From NCBI GenBank assembly GCA_027364845.1, contig DAHXOO010000008.1:121-64120 (forward strand): a DNA stretch of 64,000 bases. The letters run 5' to 3'. Both the position numbers and the translations under genes were made by a program. The first letter of the stretch is position 1. Every line of letters starts with the position of its first letter. This DNA is from Pseudomonadota bacterium (GTDB lineage Bacteria > Pseudomonadota > Gammaproteobacteria > Acidiferrobacterales > UBA6901). Under the pieces are notes generated by a model, which saw only the letters and a program-made list of their open reading frames with translations, was not told where the DNA came from and made no database searches. Shown here one piece after another: positions 8,532-18,694 of this stretch.

Positions 8532-9697
8532 GCAACGGCACTGGCCCGAATCTGCTGGATAACACCGATCCGGCGCGTTATCAGGCGAGCCGGCGCGTCA
8601 CCTTTGTCAGTCTCGCGACAAACACGTTTCTGGCTCTGGGCCAGGTCGTTATCGGCTTCGTTGGCCGCTCACAAGGTCTGGTCGCAGACGGATTTCACAC
8701 GCTTTCCGACCTCACAACCGATACCCTGGTGCTGTTTGCGTTAACGCATAGCTTCAAGGCGGCAGACGAAGAGCACCCATACGGCCATGCCCGCATCGAA
8801 ACAGCGGTAACGGTTGCGTTGGGCGCAGTACTGCTGCTAGTTGCCGTCAGTATCGCGGTACGAGCCAGCTTACGCCTGCTGAGCGGGCCGGTGCTTGCTC
8901 CACCGTCCTCGCTTACGCTATGGGCATCGGGCCTGACGATCCTTCTGAAGGAAGGACTGTACCGCTATACCGAGCATACAGCGCGGCGCTTTTCATCCGA
9001 ACTTTTGCATGCGAATGCCTGGCACCACCGCAGTGACGCGATATCCTCGATAATGGTTTTCATCGGCATTGCTGGCAGCATCGGCGGCATCCATTATATG
9101 GATTCGCTGGCCGCAATCGGCGTGGCGCTTTTTGTCGGCAGGGTCGGTGTCAAGCTCGGCTGGCCAGCCTTGAGCGAGCTAATCGACACTGGACTGGATG
9201 CCGATCAGCTGCAGCGCATTCGCACCGCGATTCTCGGGGTGAGCGGCGTCAAGATGCTGCACCTGCTGCGCACGCGCCGGCTGGGCGGGCGTGGGTTAGT
9301 CGATGTCCATCTCATCGTCGATGACGCGATCAGCGTATCCGAGGGCCATCAGATCAGCGAGGCGGTACGTATAAAGCTGATCAATGAAATCGCTGGGATT
9401 GCGGACGTGATGGTCCACATCGATGCCGAGGACGACACGGCGCGATCGCCGTCATCGCAACTTCCGTTGCGGGACCAAGTGCTCACGCGACTGAACCAAT
9501 ATTTCGAACATATTGAGGCAGCGCGCCGCATCGAGCGCGTAACCTTGCACTATCTGGACGGACAGATTTGCGTGGAACTGATCATCCCGCTCAGCGCAGC
9601 TGCGGATTGCATTGAAGCTGCAAACCTCTCGGCGCAATTACAGGATGCGGTCAGGCATGATTCTGACATTGCCAGGTTAGTGGTCTATTATCATTGA
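8528..9697 (+). CDS. cation diffusion facilitator (CDF) family metal efflux transporter with extended C-terminus
   Basis: Six predicted TM segments with the HTLSD and HHRSD metal-site motifs and a cytoplasmic domain, plus about 90 extra C-terminal residues. Its ATG at 8528 overlaps the TusA stop (ATGA). Confidence 0.8.
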   Translation: MSNGTGPNLLDNTDPARYQASRRVTFVSLATNTFLALGQVVIGFVGRSQGLVADGFHTLSDLTTDTLVLFALTHSFKAADEEHPYGHARIETAVTVALGAVLLLVAVSIAVRASLRLLSGPVLAPPSSLTLWASGLTILLKEGLYRYTEHTARRFSSELLHANAWHHRSDAISSIMVFIGIAGSIGGIHYMDSLAAIGVALFVGRVGVKLGWPALSELIDTGLDADQLQRIRTAILGVSGVKMLHLLRTRRLGGRGLVDVHLIVDDAISVSEGHQISEAVRIKLINEIAGIADVMVHIDAEDDTARSPSSQLPLRDQVLTRLNQYFEHIEAARRIERVTLHYLDGQICVELIIPLSAAADCIEAANLSAQLQDAVRHDSDIARLVVYYH

Positions 9698-9714
9698 TGC
9701 ACTATTTCAGTGCA
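9698..9714. promoter_or_regulatory. NtrC (NRI) binding site, glnA upstream enhancer
   Basis: TGCACTATTTCAGTGCA against consensus TGCACC-N5-GGTGCA. Lies about 110 nt upstream of the sigma-54 promoter. Confidence 0.7.
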
Positions 9715-9727
9715 TATAGGCCATGTA

Positions 9728-9744
9728 AGTGCTATTTTGGTGCA
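9728..9744. promoter_or_regulatory. second NtrC site (strong right half only)
   Basis: AGTGCTATTTTGGTGCA. The right half GGTGCA is perfect and the left half is degenerate. Sits about 30 bp from the first site, matching the paired sites of glnAp2-type enhancers. Confidence 0.5.
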
Positions 9745-9807
9745 TCATATTTTAGGTGGCTTTAAAGAAATAAGAACAAATACAATAGATTATTCCCGTT
9801 TCAGTCA

Positions 9808-9823
9808 TGGCATATTTCGTGCA
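9808..9823 (+). promoter_or_regulatory. sigma-54 (-24/-12) promoter of glnA
   Basis: TGGCATATTTCGTGCA against TGGCAC-N5-TTGCA with correct GG/GC spacing, about 100 nt upstream of the glnA ATG. An AT-rich stretch separates it from the NtrC sites. Confidence 0.75.
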
Positions 9824-9922
9824 AAATGTCGGGCTCAGGTTCATGCAGGATAAGTGCCCGAGCGGCATGTCCAATTTTGATCCAGTTTCATGTTTCAATT
9901 TCCCTTTTTAGGAGGAACCCAG

Positions 9923-11332
9923 ATGTCCGGCGCCGACGTACTTAAGATGATCAAAGAAAAGGAAGTGAAATTCGTGGACTTCCGCTTTACCGACACCAAG
10001 GGCAAAGAGCAGCACGTGTCCGTGCCTGCAAGCACGGTTGATGCGTCCCTATTCGAGGAAGGCAAGATGTTTGACGGCTCTTCGATCGCGGGATGGAAAG
10101 GCATTCAGGAATCCGACATGATCCTTATGCCGGAGTCGGCTACTGCAGTGATGGACCCGTTTATGGAGGAAAGGACACTTATCTTGCGATGCGACGTTAT
10201 CGAACCGAACACAATGCAAGGTTATGAACGCGACCCACGCTCCCTCGCAAAGCGCGCCGAAGCTTACCTAAACAGCACAGGGATTGCCGATACCGCGTAT
10301 TTCGGACCTGAGGCCGAATTTTTCATTTTCGATGATGTGCGTTGGAGCTCTGATATCAGCGGCTCTTTTGTCAAAGTCGATTCCGAAGAAGCCTCGTGGA
10401 ACACCGAAAAGGTATACGAGGGCGGCAACATGGGCCATCGCCCCGGCATCAAGGGTGGTTATTTCCCGGTACCACCGGTCGACTCTCAGCAGGACATCCG
10501 TTCGGCCATGTGCCTTGCCATGGAAGAGATGGGGTTGAGCATCGAGACCCATCATCACGAGGTGGCGACCGCTGGCCAGAACGAGATTGGGATGAGATTC
10601 AACACCTTGATCAAGAAGGCCGACGAGCTTCAGATCTACAAATACTGCGTGCATAACGTCGCGCATGCCTATGGCAAGACTGCGACCTTCATGCCAAAAC
10701 CGCTGGTGGGAGATAACGGCTCCGGCATGCACGTGCACCAATCGCTGGCAAAGGGCGGCAAGAATCTGTTCACGGGCAACGGCTACGGTGGCCTAAGCGA
10801 TGTCGCCCTGTACTACATCGGCGGCATCATAAAGCATGCGCGCGCCGTGAATGCGTTCACTAATTCGCTTACAAACAGCTATAAGCGTCTGGTTCCCGGC
10901 TTCGAGGCTCCCGTCATGCTGGCATACTCGGCGCGCAACCGGTCCGCATCGATTCGTATTCCCTACGTTTCCAACCCGAAGGGGCGCCGCATCGAGGTGC
11001 GATTCCCGGATGCCGGCAGCAATCCGTACTTCGCTTTTGCTGCCATGCTGATGGCGGGTCTAGATGGCATCCAGAACAAGATTCATCCGGGCGAGGCCAT
11101 GGACAAGGACCTGTACGATCTGCCGCCGGAAGAGGAAAAGAAGATTCCTACCGTGTGCCACGCACTGGACCAAGCGCTGGAGGCCTTGGACAAGGATCGC
11201 AAGTTCCTAACCGCCGGTGGCGTGTTTACAGATGACCTCATCGATGCCTACATCGACCTCAAGATGAAAGAGGTGACGCGTCTGCGTATGACCACTCATC
11301 CAGTGGAATTCGATATGTACTATAGCGTCTGA
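9923..11332 (+). CDS. glnA: glutamine synthetase type I
   Basis: [24 protein letters not shown]... is canonical GSI sequence, including the adenylylation-loop region [14 protein letters not shown] lies 7 nt upstream of ATG 9923. Confidence 0.95.
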   Translation: MSGADVLKMIKEKEVKFVDFRFTDTKGKEQHVSVPASTVDASLFEEGKMFDGSSIAGWKGIQESDMILMPESATAVMDPFMEERTLILRCDVIEPNTMQGYERDPRSLAKRAEAYLNSTGIADTAYFGPEAEFFIFDDVRWSSDISGSFVKVDSEEASWNTEKVYEGGNMGHRPGIKGGYFPVPPVDSQQDIRSAMCLAMEEMGLSIETHHHEVATAGQNEIGMRFNTLIKKADELQIYKYCVHNVAHAYGKTATFMPKPLVGDNGSGMHVHQSLAKGGKNLFTGNGYGGLSDVALYYIGGIIKHARAVNAFTNSLTNSYKRLVPGFEAPVMLAYSARNRSASIRIPYVSNPKGRRIEVRFPDAGSNPYFAFAAMLMAGLDGIQNKIHPGEAMDKDLYDLPPEEEKKIPTVCHALDQALEALDKDRKFLTAGGVFTDDLIDAYIDLKMKEVTRLRMTTHPVEFDMYYSV

Positions 11333-11354
11333 GTCGTCACCGGTACGGTCGTCC

Positions 11355-11386
11355 AAAAACGCCCCCTTTTATGGGGGCGTTTTTTA
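11355..11386 (+). terminator. rho-independent terminator of glnA
   Basis: AAAAACGCCCCC-TTTTA-TGGGGGCGTTTTTT: a GC stem followed by a T-run, also A-tract flanked. Confidence 0.85.
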
Positions 11387-11411
11387 TTTGGTGATTTCTG
11401 GAATAGAAGAA

Positions 11412-11428
11412 TGCACCCTTTTGGTGCA
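11412..11428. promoter_or_regulatory. consensus NtrC site upstream of ntrB (autoregulation of ntrBC)
   Basis: TGCACCCTTTTGGTGCA matches both consensus half-sites perfectly. Lies between the glnA terminator and the ntrB start. Confidence 0.75.
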
Positions 11429-11544
11429 TTTCATTTCCTGTTAATATGAGTTTTCTTTATAAATCCTTTATTTTTAAAGGAAATCATAAATGGTGTAATT
11501 TTTGCTAACTGTAATTTTGTCAAAATGCAAAGGGATAAGATCCA

Positions 11545-12597
11545 TTGAACGACTGTCGGCATATCCTGGAGAACCTGAGCGCGACCGTGATGGTGCTCGA
11601 CAGTTCGTTGCGCCTGCTTTCCATCAATCCGGCTGGGGAAATGCTGTTTGAAGTCAGTGCCCGTCAGATCCTCGGACAGCCCATCACCGATCTGCTCCCA
11701 CACAACGCGGCGCTGATCCAACAGCTCAACGAGGCGCTTCGCAGCGGCCACCCCTTCACCGAGCACGGTCTGCGAGCCAGTCTTGCGGACGGTCGCGACA
11801 TCACCGTGGATTGTGCCGCCACGCCTCTTGCAGTCGGCGTCACCACCGAGATGCTCATCGAATTGACCCCGGTGGACCGGCTGTTGCGCATCGCACGCGA
11901 GGAGAAAATGCTTGACCAGCATGCCACTAGCCGCGCGTTGATTCGCGGCCTCGCGCACGAGATCAAGAACCCGCTGGGCGGGTTGCGCGGCGCAGCGCAG
12001 CTGCTCGAACGCAAGCTCCCCAACAATGAACTTGCCGAGTACACACGCATCATTATTCGCGAGGCCGATCGCCTGCGCGGCCTCGTTGATCGCATGATCG
12101 GCCCGAACGTGCCACTCAACAAACGTCCGACGAACATCCACCAGGTATTCGAGCACGTGCGCAGCCTCATATTGGCTGAGATTCCGGAAGGTATCAGCGT
12201 ACGCCGCGATTACGACCCGAGCCTGCCGGAGTTTCTGGGCGACTCGGATCAGCTCATCCAGGCAATCCTTAATATCGCACGCAATGCAGCACAGGCACTG
12301 GACGGAAAGGGCGCGGTATGGCTTCGCTCGCGCGTCGAACGCAAGTTCACCATCGGTCAAAACCGCCATCGATTGACGCTGCGCGCTGAAATCGAGGACA
12401 ACGGCCCAGGCGTACCAGATGAGCTCAAGGAACACATCTTTTATCCGATGATCACCGGTCGGGCAGAAGGTACCGGTCTCGGCCTGTCGATAGCGCAGGA
12501 CATCATTCACCAGCACGGGGGGATGATCGAATGCGTCAGCCGACCGCTGCAGACGATTTTTCGCATTTATTTACCGATGGAGGTTGGCAATGGTTAG
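11545..12597 (+). CDS. glnL: nitrogen regulation sensor histidine kinase NtrB (NRII)
   Basis: PAS-like N-terminus, H-box GLAHEIKNPLGG, and a HATPase domain (DNGPGVP, GTGLGLS). The ORF track uses a TTG start. Confidence 0.9.
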   Translation: MNDCRHILENLSATVMVLDSSLRLLSINPAGEMLFEVSARQILGQPITDLLPHNAALIQQLNEALRSGHPFTEHGLRASLADGRDITVDCAATPLAVGVTTEMLIELTPVDRLLRIAREEKMLDQHATSRALIRGLAHEIKNPLGGLRGAAQLLERKLPNNELAEYTRIIIREADRLRGLVDRMIGPNVPLNKRPTNIHQVFEHVRSLILAEIPEGISVRRDYDPSLPEFLGDSDQLIQAILNIARNAAQALDGKGAVWLRSRVERKFTIGQNRHRLTLRAEIEDNGPGVPDELKEHIFYPMITGRAEGTGLGLSIAQDIIHQHGGMIECVSRPLQTIFRIYLPMEVGNG

Positions 12598-13984
12598 GCA
12601 GGAGGCAGCGTGGGTTATCGACGATGACCAGTCCATCCGTTGGGTGCTCGAGCGGGCGCTGCAGCAGGAGGGCATCGCGGTCCGCAGCTTCGAGTCAGCG
12701 GAGGATATTCTCGCTAGCCTCAGCCACCAGCAGCCCGATGCGATCATCACCGATATCCGCATGCCCGGCCTCAATGGACTCGATCTCCTGGAGTCAATCC
12801 GTGCCCGTTTTCCGGAGTTGCCGATCATCATTATGACCGCGCATTCTGATCTCGAAAGTGCGGTTGCCGCCTACCGTGGCGGCGCATTCGAATACCTGCC
12901 GAAGCCTTTCGACGTCGACGATGCTGTCAGACTTACGCGTCGCGCCATAGAACATCACCGCAGGCACCGCAACAGCCCGCTGCCCGGACACAACGCGGCG
13001 CCGGAGATTCTCGGCGAAGCCCCAGCGATGCAGGAGGTTTTTCGGGCCATAGGACGCCTGTCGCGTTCGCATTTGAACGTGCTCATCAATGGCGAGTCAG
13101 GTACAGGGAAGGAACTGGTGGCGCGTGCGCTTCACCGCCACAGCCCGCGCGCGGACAAGCCGTTCATCGCCATAAATATCGCGGCGATTCCCGGCGAGCT
13201 TTTGGAGTCCGAGTTGTTCGGACATGAACGCGGGGCGTTCACCGGTGCATTGTCGCAGCGCAAGGGCCGCTTCGAGCAGGCCCATGGGGGCACGTTATTT
13301 CTCGACGAAATCGGGGACATGCCGGCCGAGCTTCAGACCCGGCTGCTGCGCGTGCTCTCGGATGGAAAGTTCTATCGGGTCGGCGGACACGAGCAAATCG
13401 AGACTGATGTGCGTATCGTCGCAGCGACCAACCAGGATCTCGAGAACCGGGTCAGGGACGGCCGTTTCCGCGAAGATCTGTTTCACCGGTTGAACGTGAT
13501 TCGCGTGCACATTCCGCCACTGCGAGCGCGCCAGGAGGACATTCCAGTGCTCGCGCGCCATTTCCTGGAGACGTCAGCGCAGGAACTGGGCACCGAAACC
13601 AAGCAGTTGTTGCCGGAGACGGATGTTTACATAAGCGGTCTGTCGTGGCCCGGAAATGTCCGTCAGCTTGAAAACACCTGCCGCTGGCTCACTGTCATGG
13701 CGCCGGGACAGACTGTGCGGATCGAGGACCTCCCGCAGGAACTGCGTGCAGCCGAAGTCGATCCACAGCGTGCACAGGACTGGGAAGCTGGGCTGCGGCG
13801 GCTGATCGAGCAACGTCTGACGCTGGGCGAGACGAATATCCTCGAAAAACTCAATCCTGACTTCGAGCGCATCCTGATCGAAGTGGCGCTCACGCACACG
13901 GGTGGCAGAAAACAGGATGCGGCACGCAAACTTGGCTGGGGCCGGAACACGCTTACACGCAAACTCAAGGAACTGGGAATGTGA
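12590..13984 (+). CDS. glnG: nitrogen regulation response regulator NtrC (sigma-54 activator)
   Basis: REC domain ([14 protein letters not shown]), AAA+ domain with GESGTGKE and GAFTGA, and a Fis-type HTH at the C-terminus. ATG 12590 overlaps the ntrB stop. Confidence 0.92.
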   Translation: MVRQEAAWVIDDDQSIRWVLERALQQEGIAVRSFESAEDILASLSHQQPDAIITDIRMPGLNGLDLLESIRARFPELPIIIMTAHSDLESAVAAYRGGAFEYLPKPFDVDDAVRLTRRAIEHHRRHRNSPLPGHNAAPEILGEAPAMQEVFRAIGRLSRSHLNVLINGESGTGKELVARALHRHSPRADKPFIAINIAAIPGELLESELFGHERGAFTGALSQRKGRFEQAHGGTLFLDEIGDMPAELQTRLLRVLSDGKFYRVGGHEQIETDVRIVAATNQDLENRVRDGRFREDLFHRLNVIRVHIPPLRARQEDIPVLARHFLETSAQELGTETKQLLPETDVYISGLSWPGNVRQLENTCRWLTVMAPGQTVRIEDLPQELRAAEVDPQRAQDWEAGLRRLIEQRLTLGETNILEKLNPDFERILIEVALTHTGGRKQDAARKLGWGRNTLTRKLKELGM

Positions 13985-14102
13985 ACTGGGCAGCGCTGGG
14001 ATCTGGACTCGCGCCCGGCCTTGTGTACACCCCTGCTGCGGCGGACGGTCCGGACTTTCTTCACCTCTGCTTCCGGTTACCCGGCGTTCTGCCAGCACGG
14101 GA

Positions 14103-15320
14103 TCAGTCCTCGGCCCGCACACTCCTTGCGAGTGGCGGAAGATCGCCCTCGAGACCAATGGCCCGCCGCATGATCAGGCGCTTGACCGGACCGAGGCTAT
14201 CAGCGACGGTCAAACCGAAATTGCGCGCGGCCCGGACCGGCCAGTAGTCCGTGCCGAAGGCGCGTTTGAAGGCGTCGGAAACGGCAAGCATCATAAGGTT
14301 CCCGCCCTTGCGCCAGCGCTCGTAGCGGCGCAATACTCCCGACGCCCCGATGTCTCGATCCAGCTGGAACGCGCCGCCGACTATCTCTGCCAGCGCTGCG
14401 GCGTCAAGCAGCCCCAGATTAACTCCTTGCCCAGCAAGGGGATGAATACGGTGCGCCGCGTCTCCAACGAGCGCCACTCGCGTGTCCACATAGCGCTCGG
14501 CATGCGCAAAACCAAGCGGAAATGCGGCACGCGCGCTCACCCACTCGATCGCGCCCAGCCTGTCCCCAAAGCTTGCCTGGAGCTCCTGGCGGAAGGCGCT
14601 ATCCTCCAGATCCAGCAGAGACTTCCCGTAACGGGTGTCGCACGACCAGACAATGGAGCAAAGGCTTGGATCGCACAGCGGCAGAAATGCCAGAGGCCCG
14701 CTTGCAAGAAACACCTGGCGCGCGGCCTCGCCATGGGGCATGGAGGTTCGAACAGTGGCGACGATGGCGATCTGATCGTAACTCCCGCCGCGGCTATTGA
14801 TCCCTGCCAGTCCACGCACATGTGATTCGGCCCCGTCAGCGCCCACTACCAGCTGCGCCGTGCACACCGTCCCGTCGGAAAGCGTCACCGCGACCCCGGC
14901 CTCGCGCATTTCGATTGCGTCAAGCATGACCGGACACTTGATGCTGACAGCTGGCAATCGCGCGATGTGTGTATGCGCAGCGTACATGACTACGCGGTTC
15001 TCGATGATGTAACCAAGCTGCGCCTCACCAAGCTCAGCCGCGTCAAAATGAATCGCCCCGGGGCCACGTGCGTCCCAGACGTACATTTCCCGCAGCGGAC
15101 ATACGCGTCGCTGCACAAGGTCCTGCCACATTCCGAGGTTCCGGAAAATCGCACGCGATGCCAGCGTAATGGCGCTCACGCGCAGATCGTATTCATCGCG
15201 AAAATCGGCCGCTGGAACCTGGCTATCGACAATCACGACGCGCATTCCCGCCTGTCCACAGGCAAGCGCGAGCGTGGCACCGACCATGCCCGCTCCCGCA
15301 ATGACCAGGTCGCAATCCAT
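14103..15320 (-). CDS. ubiI: UbiH/UbiF/VisC-family FAD-dependent ubiquinone-biosynthesis hydroxylase
   Basis: DLVIAGAGMVGATLA (GxGxxG) and a DAAHRIHPLAGQGVNLG block. Third gene of a pepP-ubiH-visC-type arrangement; the symbol is assigned from that position only. Confidence 0.7.
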   Translation of the reverse strand: MDCDLVIAGAGMVGATLALACGQAGMRVVIVDSQVPAADFRDEYDLRVSAITLASRAIFRNLGMWQDLVQRRVCPLREMYVWDARGPGAIHFDAAELGEAQLGYIIENRVVMYAAHTHIARLPAVSIKCPVMLDAIEMREAGVAVTLSDGTVCTAQLVVGADGAESHVRGLAGINSRGGSYDQIAIVATVRTSMPHGEAARQVFLASGPLAFLPLCDPSLCSIVWSCDTRYGKSLLDLEDSAFRQELQASFGDRLGAIEWVSARAAFPLGFAHAERYVDTRVALVGDAAHRIHPLAGQGVNLGLLDAAALAEIVGGAFQLDRDIGASGVLRRYERWRKGGNLMMLAVSDAFKRAFGTDYWPVRAARNFGLTVADSLGPVKRLIMRRAIGLEGDLPPLARSVRAED

Positions 15321-15431
15321 ACCGGCTCCCCGGCCAGCGTGACGGCCATTCATTCTGCTCACCACAGCGACCCGAAACTGCACCGGCTGCGGGTCACACG
15401 GCATAAAGCTGCAAATCCCTCCATGGGTGGA

Positions 15432-16664
15432 CTAAAACAGCGGCAGGCCGCGGGCGAGCCGCGGAAGCCGCCCGGCGAGACCCATGGTACGATGCACCAG
15501 CCCGCGCTTGATTCCCGGAACGAGGTCCACTGCCACCAGCCCCAGATTGCGCATGACCACAAGCGGCGCAAAGCTGTTGGAAAATAACCGCACAAGTCCA
15601 TCTGTGAAACTGCTCACGGCGAGGTTGTCGCGCCGGCGCCAGTCTGCATAGGTGCGCAGAACGTCCACCGCTCCAGGATCGTCACTCCGACGCCGGGCCT
15701 CGACCAGCACCTGGGCCAAAGCGGCGACGTCGCGCAGCCCCAGGTTGAAGCCCTGTCCGGCTACCGGATGCAAGGTGTGAGCCGCATTGCCAATGAGAGC
15801 AAGGCGCGCGCGCACGTGCTCCGCGACTCGTGTCAAGGCGAGCGCGTAGGATCGACGTGTGCCAACTTTGGTGAATCGGCCGAGTCGCTCGCCGAAGCTG
15901 TCCTGCAGCCGTTCAAGAAAGGGTGCGTCCGGCAGCGCCAGCACCGCCTCCGCCTGGTCGGGAGGCAGACTCCAGACTACGCTACAGCGGTTCTCCGACA
16001 TGGGCAGCAGCGCTAGCGGGCCGTCTGCCGTAAACCGCTCAAACGCCGTCCCCTCGTGTGCGCGCTCTGCTGATACGTTGGTCACCACTGCGGTCTGGCC
16101 GTAGTTTATCCGGCGGACGGCAATTCCGGACGCCGCCCGCACTGCCGAGTCACCGCCATCGGCCGCCACGACTAACCGGGTGGTCAGTCTCTTTATTATG
16201 CCCTCGTGATCAATCACTACCGAAGCGCAGTCAACCGAAAAGTCGATAGACGTCAAGGTCGCTGGCTGCAGCAATGCTGTCTCGGACGTCACCCGCAGCC
16301 GCGCGTTCAACACCGCGCCGAGCACACGATTCTCCACTACGTATCCCAGCGCCTCGACACCCGCTGCGGCAGCGTCGAGACGGGTGAATCCGAAATGGCC
16401 ACGGTCTGAAACATGGATGCGCTTGATGGCCGTTACACCGGCCGCGGCAGCCTGCAGGCTTTCCCAGACACCCAGTGCCGAAAAAATACGTTTCGACCCG
16501 TAGGCCAGGGCAATGGTGCGGTCGTCATAACTTGGCTGCCGAACATCGCCATAGGGCACCGATTCGATCACCCCAATGCGCAGGCCGCTGCCGCCGAGGG
16601 CGATGCCTAGGCTGGCCCCCACCATGCCGCCGCCGATGATCAGAACGTCATAGTCCGGTTGCAT
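15432..16664 (-). CDS. ubiH: 2-octaprenyl-6-methoxyphenol hydroxylase-type FAD monooxygenase
   Basis: YDVLIIGGGMVGASLG and GNAAHTLHPVAGQGFNLGLRD. Lies directly downstream of pepP, as in enterobacterial synteny. Confidence 0.75.
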   Translation of the reverse strand: MQPDYDVLIIGGGMVGASLGIALGGSGLRIGVIESVPYGDVRQPSYDDRTIALAYGSKRIFSALGVWESLQAAAAGVTAIKRIHVSDRGHFGFTRLDAAAAGVEALGYVVENRVLGAVLNARLRVTSETALLQPATLTSIDFSVDCASVVIDHEGIIKRLTTRLVVAADGGDSAVRAASGIAVRRINYGQTAVVTNVSAERAHEGTAFERFTADGPLALLPMSENRCSVVWSLPPDQAEAVLALPDAPFLERLQDSFGERLGRFTKVGTRRSYALALTRVAEHVRARLALIGNAAHTLHPVAGQGFNLGLRDVAALAQVLVEARRRSDDPGAVDVLRTYADWRRRDNLAVSSFTDGLVRLFSNSFAPLVVMRNLGLVAVDLVPGIKRGLVHRTMGLAGRLPRLARGLPLF

Positions 16665-16736
16665 AAGCAGTCCTAGTTTCCAACTCGGCCACGATGCCTC
16701 CATTGGACATGCGCCTGAATACCCGCAAGCCGCTGG

Positions 16737-18044
16737 TCACCGCCCGTGCATCAAAGATTCGATCTCGGGAATCGTCTTTGGTGCCTCATGGCTGAGCACC
16801 TCGTTGCCATCGCGCACGACCAGCACGTCATCTTCTATGCGCACGCCAATATTCCAGAACTCGCGCGGCACTTCCTTGTTTCCTGCAGCGATGTACAGGC
16901 CAGGCTCCACCGTTAAGACCATTCCCGGCTCCAACAGCCGCCAGGCCTCGTGCACCTTGTAATCGCCGACATCATGCACGTCCATTCCCAGCCAGTGGCC
17001 AGTGCGGTGCATGTAAAAACGCTTGTAGTCGCCGTTTTCCACGAGTCCGTCGACCTCTCCCTTCAGCAGGCCGAGATCCAGCAACCCCTGCGCGAGAATG
17101 CGCACGGCAGTGTCGTGCGGCTCGTTCCAATGACCGCCAGCGCGCACCCGCCCGATCGCCGCGAGCTGCGCCTCCAGTACAATTTCGTATACTGCTTTCT
17201 GGGCACCGCTGAATCTGCCATTGACCGGGAAGGTGCGCGTTATATCGGCAGCATAGCTATCCATCTCGGCTGCGGCGTCGATCAAAAGCAGGTCGCCGTC
17301 TTTCAGTTCCCCGCTGTTTTCGGTGTAATGCAAAATGCAGCCGTTGGCGCCTCCTCCCACGATCGGCGGGTATGCGGGGAACCGGCTGCCTCCCTTCATA
17401 AACTCGTAGAGCAGCTCGGCTTCGATCTCGTACTCCATCGCACCGGGCCGGCTGGCAATCATAGCCTGTCGATGAGCACGCGCCGAGATCCTGGCCGCCT
17501 TGCGCATGAGCCGCAATTCTTCGGGTCGCTTGATCAACCGCATCTCATGAAGGATGTGGTCAAGATCGACGAATTCACCGGGCGCATGCACCCCGTTACG
17601 CGCCTTGGCCCGGACTTCGTTGACCCAGCTCATGAGTCGGTGATCGAACTCCGGGTTACGCCCCATGCTGCAGAAAACCTTTTCGCGGTTTTCGAGCAGC
17701 CCCGGAAGAATATCGTCGATGTCGTCGATCGGAAATGCGTCGTCAGCGCCGTAGGTCTCCTGGGCGCCATCTACTCCGGCGCGCCTTCCCTCCCAGATTT
17801 CCTTTTCCGGATTCTTGTCCCGGCAGAACAGAATGAACTCGCCATGGGTGCGCCCCGGTACCAGCACCGCGACTGCCTCTGGCTCCGGGAAATGCGTGAG
17901 GTAGTAAAAATCGCTGTCGGGGCGAAAAGGAAAATCTACATCGCGATTGCGGGTGCGCACGGGTGCCGTTGGCAGTATCGCAACACCCCCGCCCATTTGA
18001 TCCATCAGCTCGCGCCGACGCTTGGCGAAATCGGTCATATTCAT
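16737..18044 (-). CDS. pepP: Xaa-Pro aminopeptidase
   Basis: M24B pita-bread fold motifs (DGDLLLIDAAAE, HRTGHWLGMDVHD, EPGLY, IRIEDD). Start is chosen at MNMTDFAKRR. Confidence 0.9.
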   Translation of the reverse strand: MNMTDFAKRRRELMDQMGGGVAILPTAPVRTRNRDVDFPFRPDSDFYYLTHFPEPEAVAVLVPGRTHGEFILFCRDKNPEKEIWEGRRAGVDGAQETYGADDAFPIDDIDDILPGLLENREKVFCSMGRNPEFDHRLMSWVNEVRAKARNGVHAPGEFVDLDHILHEMRLIKRPEELRLMRKAARISARAHRQAMIASRPGAMEYEIEAELLYEFMKGGSRFPAYPPIVGGGANGCILHYTENSGELKDGDLLLIDAAAEMDSYAADITRTFPVNGRFSGAQKAVYEIVLEAQLAAIGRVRAGGHWNEPHDTAVRILAQGLLDLGLLKGEVDGLVENGDYKRFYMHRTGHWLGMDVHDVGDYKVHEAWRLLEPGMVLTVEPGLYIAAGNKEVPREFWNIGVRIEDDVLVVRDGNEVLSHEAPKTIPEIESLMHGR

Positions 18045-18270
18045 GATTCCATTATGCCCCATCAGGCCGGTTGTTTGAAAACCGGCTGCGGCGGCCAACC
18101 AGTCGCCGCAGCGTGCTTCCGGGCGAGACCTTATCGTCCGTTCGTCGGCGCCGCATGCCGCGTGCTGGGCACGTCGAGCGCTCTGCTATATATTGAACTG
18201 CACAGAAGCGCCTGTCCGTTCGGCCTGTGCAATCTTTTAACCTAAGCAAAAATACCAATTGGAGTTCGCC

Positions 18271-18687
18271 ATGGAAAAATTCAGCATCACAACAAGATCC
18301 GTTAGTCGCTTCTTGATCCTGTGCCTAGTGTTCATGGGAGTTCATGTGGCGGCCGCACGTGCGCAGATTGTCGGCACCGAGGCTGCACTCAACAGCCAGG
18401 CGGCGGACTCGGGTAACCGGGCACGCCTGCATACGTTCCTCGAGCGCAAGGAAGTGCGTCATCAGATGCTGGCGATGGGCGTGAACCCGCAAGACGTCAG
18501 CGCGCGCGTCAACAGCCTGACCACCACCCAGGTCGCAGACCTCGCGGGCCGGATTAACAAGCTGCCCGCGGGCGGGGACTTAGGGGGCGTGTTGTTCGTC
18601 GCCTTGGTCGTGTTTCTGGTTCTTCTGTATACCGATATCATGGGTTACACCAATGTCTTTCCGTTTGTGAAGAAACACGCACGCTAG
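18271..18687 (+). CDS. PA2779-family protein (signal peptide plus C-terminal TM anchor), function unknown
   Basis: Signal peptide ending AAARA, a conserved LERKEVRHQMLAMGVNPQDV...TTTQVADLAG core, and a C-terminal hydrophobic helix. Paired with the downstream C39-like peptidase. Confidence 0.65.
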   Translation: MEKFSITTRSVSRFLILCLVFMGVHVAAARAQIVGTEAALNSQAADSGNRARLHTFLERKEVRHQMLAMGVNPQDVSARVNSLTTTQVADLAGRINKLPAGGDLGGVLFVALVVFLVLLYTDIMGYTNVFPFVKKHAR

Positions 18688-18694
18688 CGGTAGA

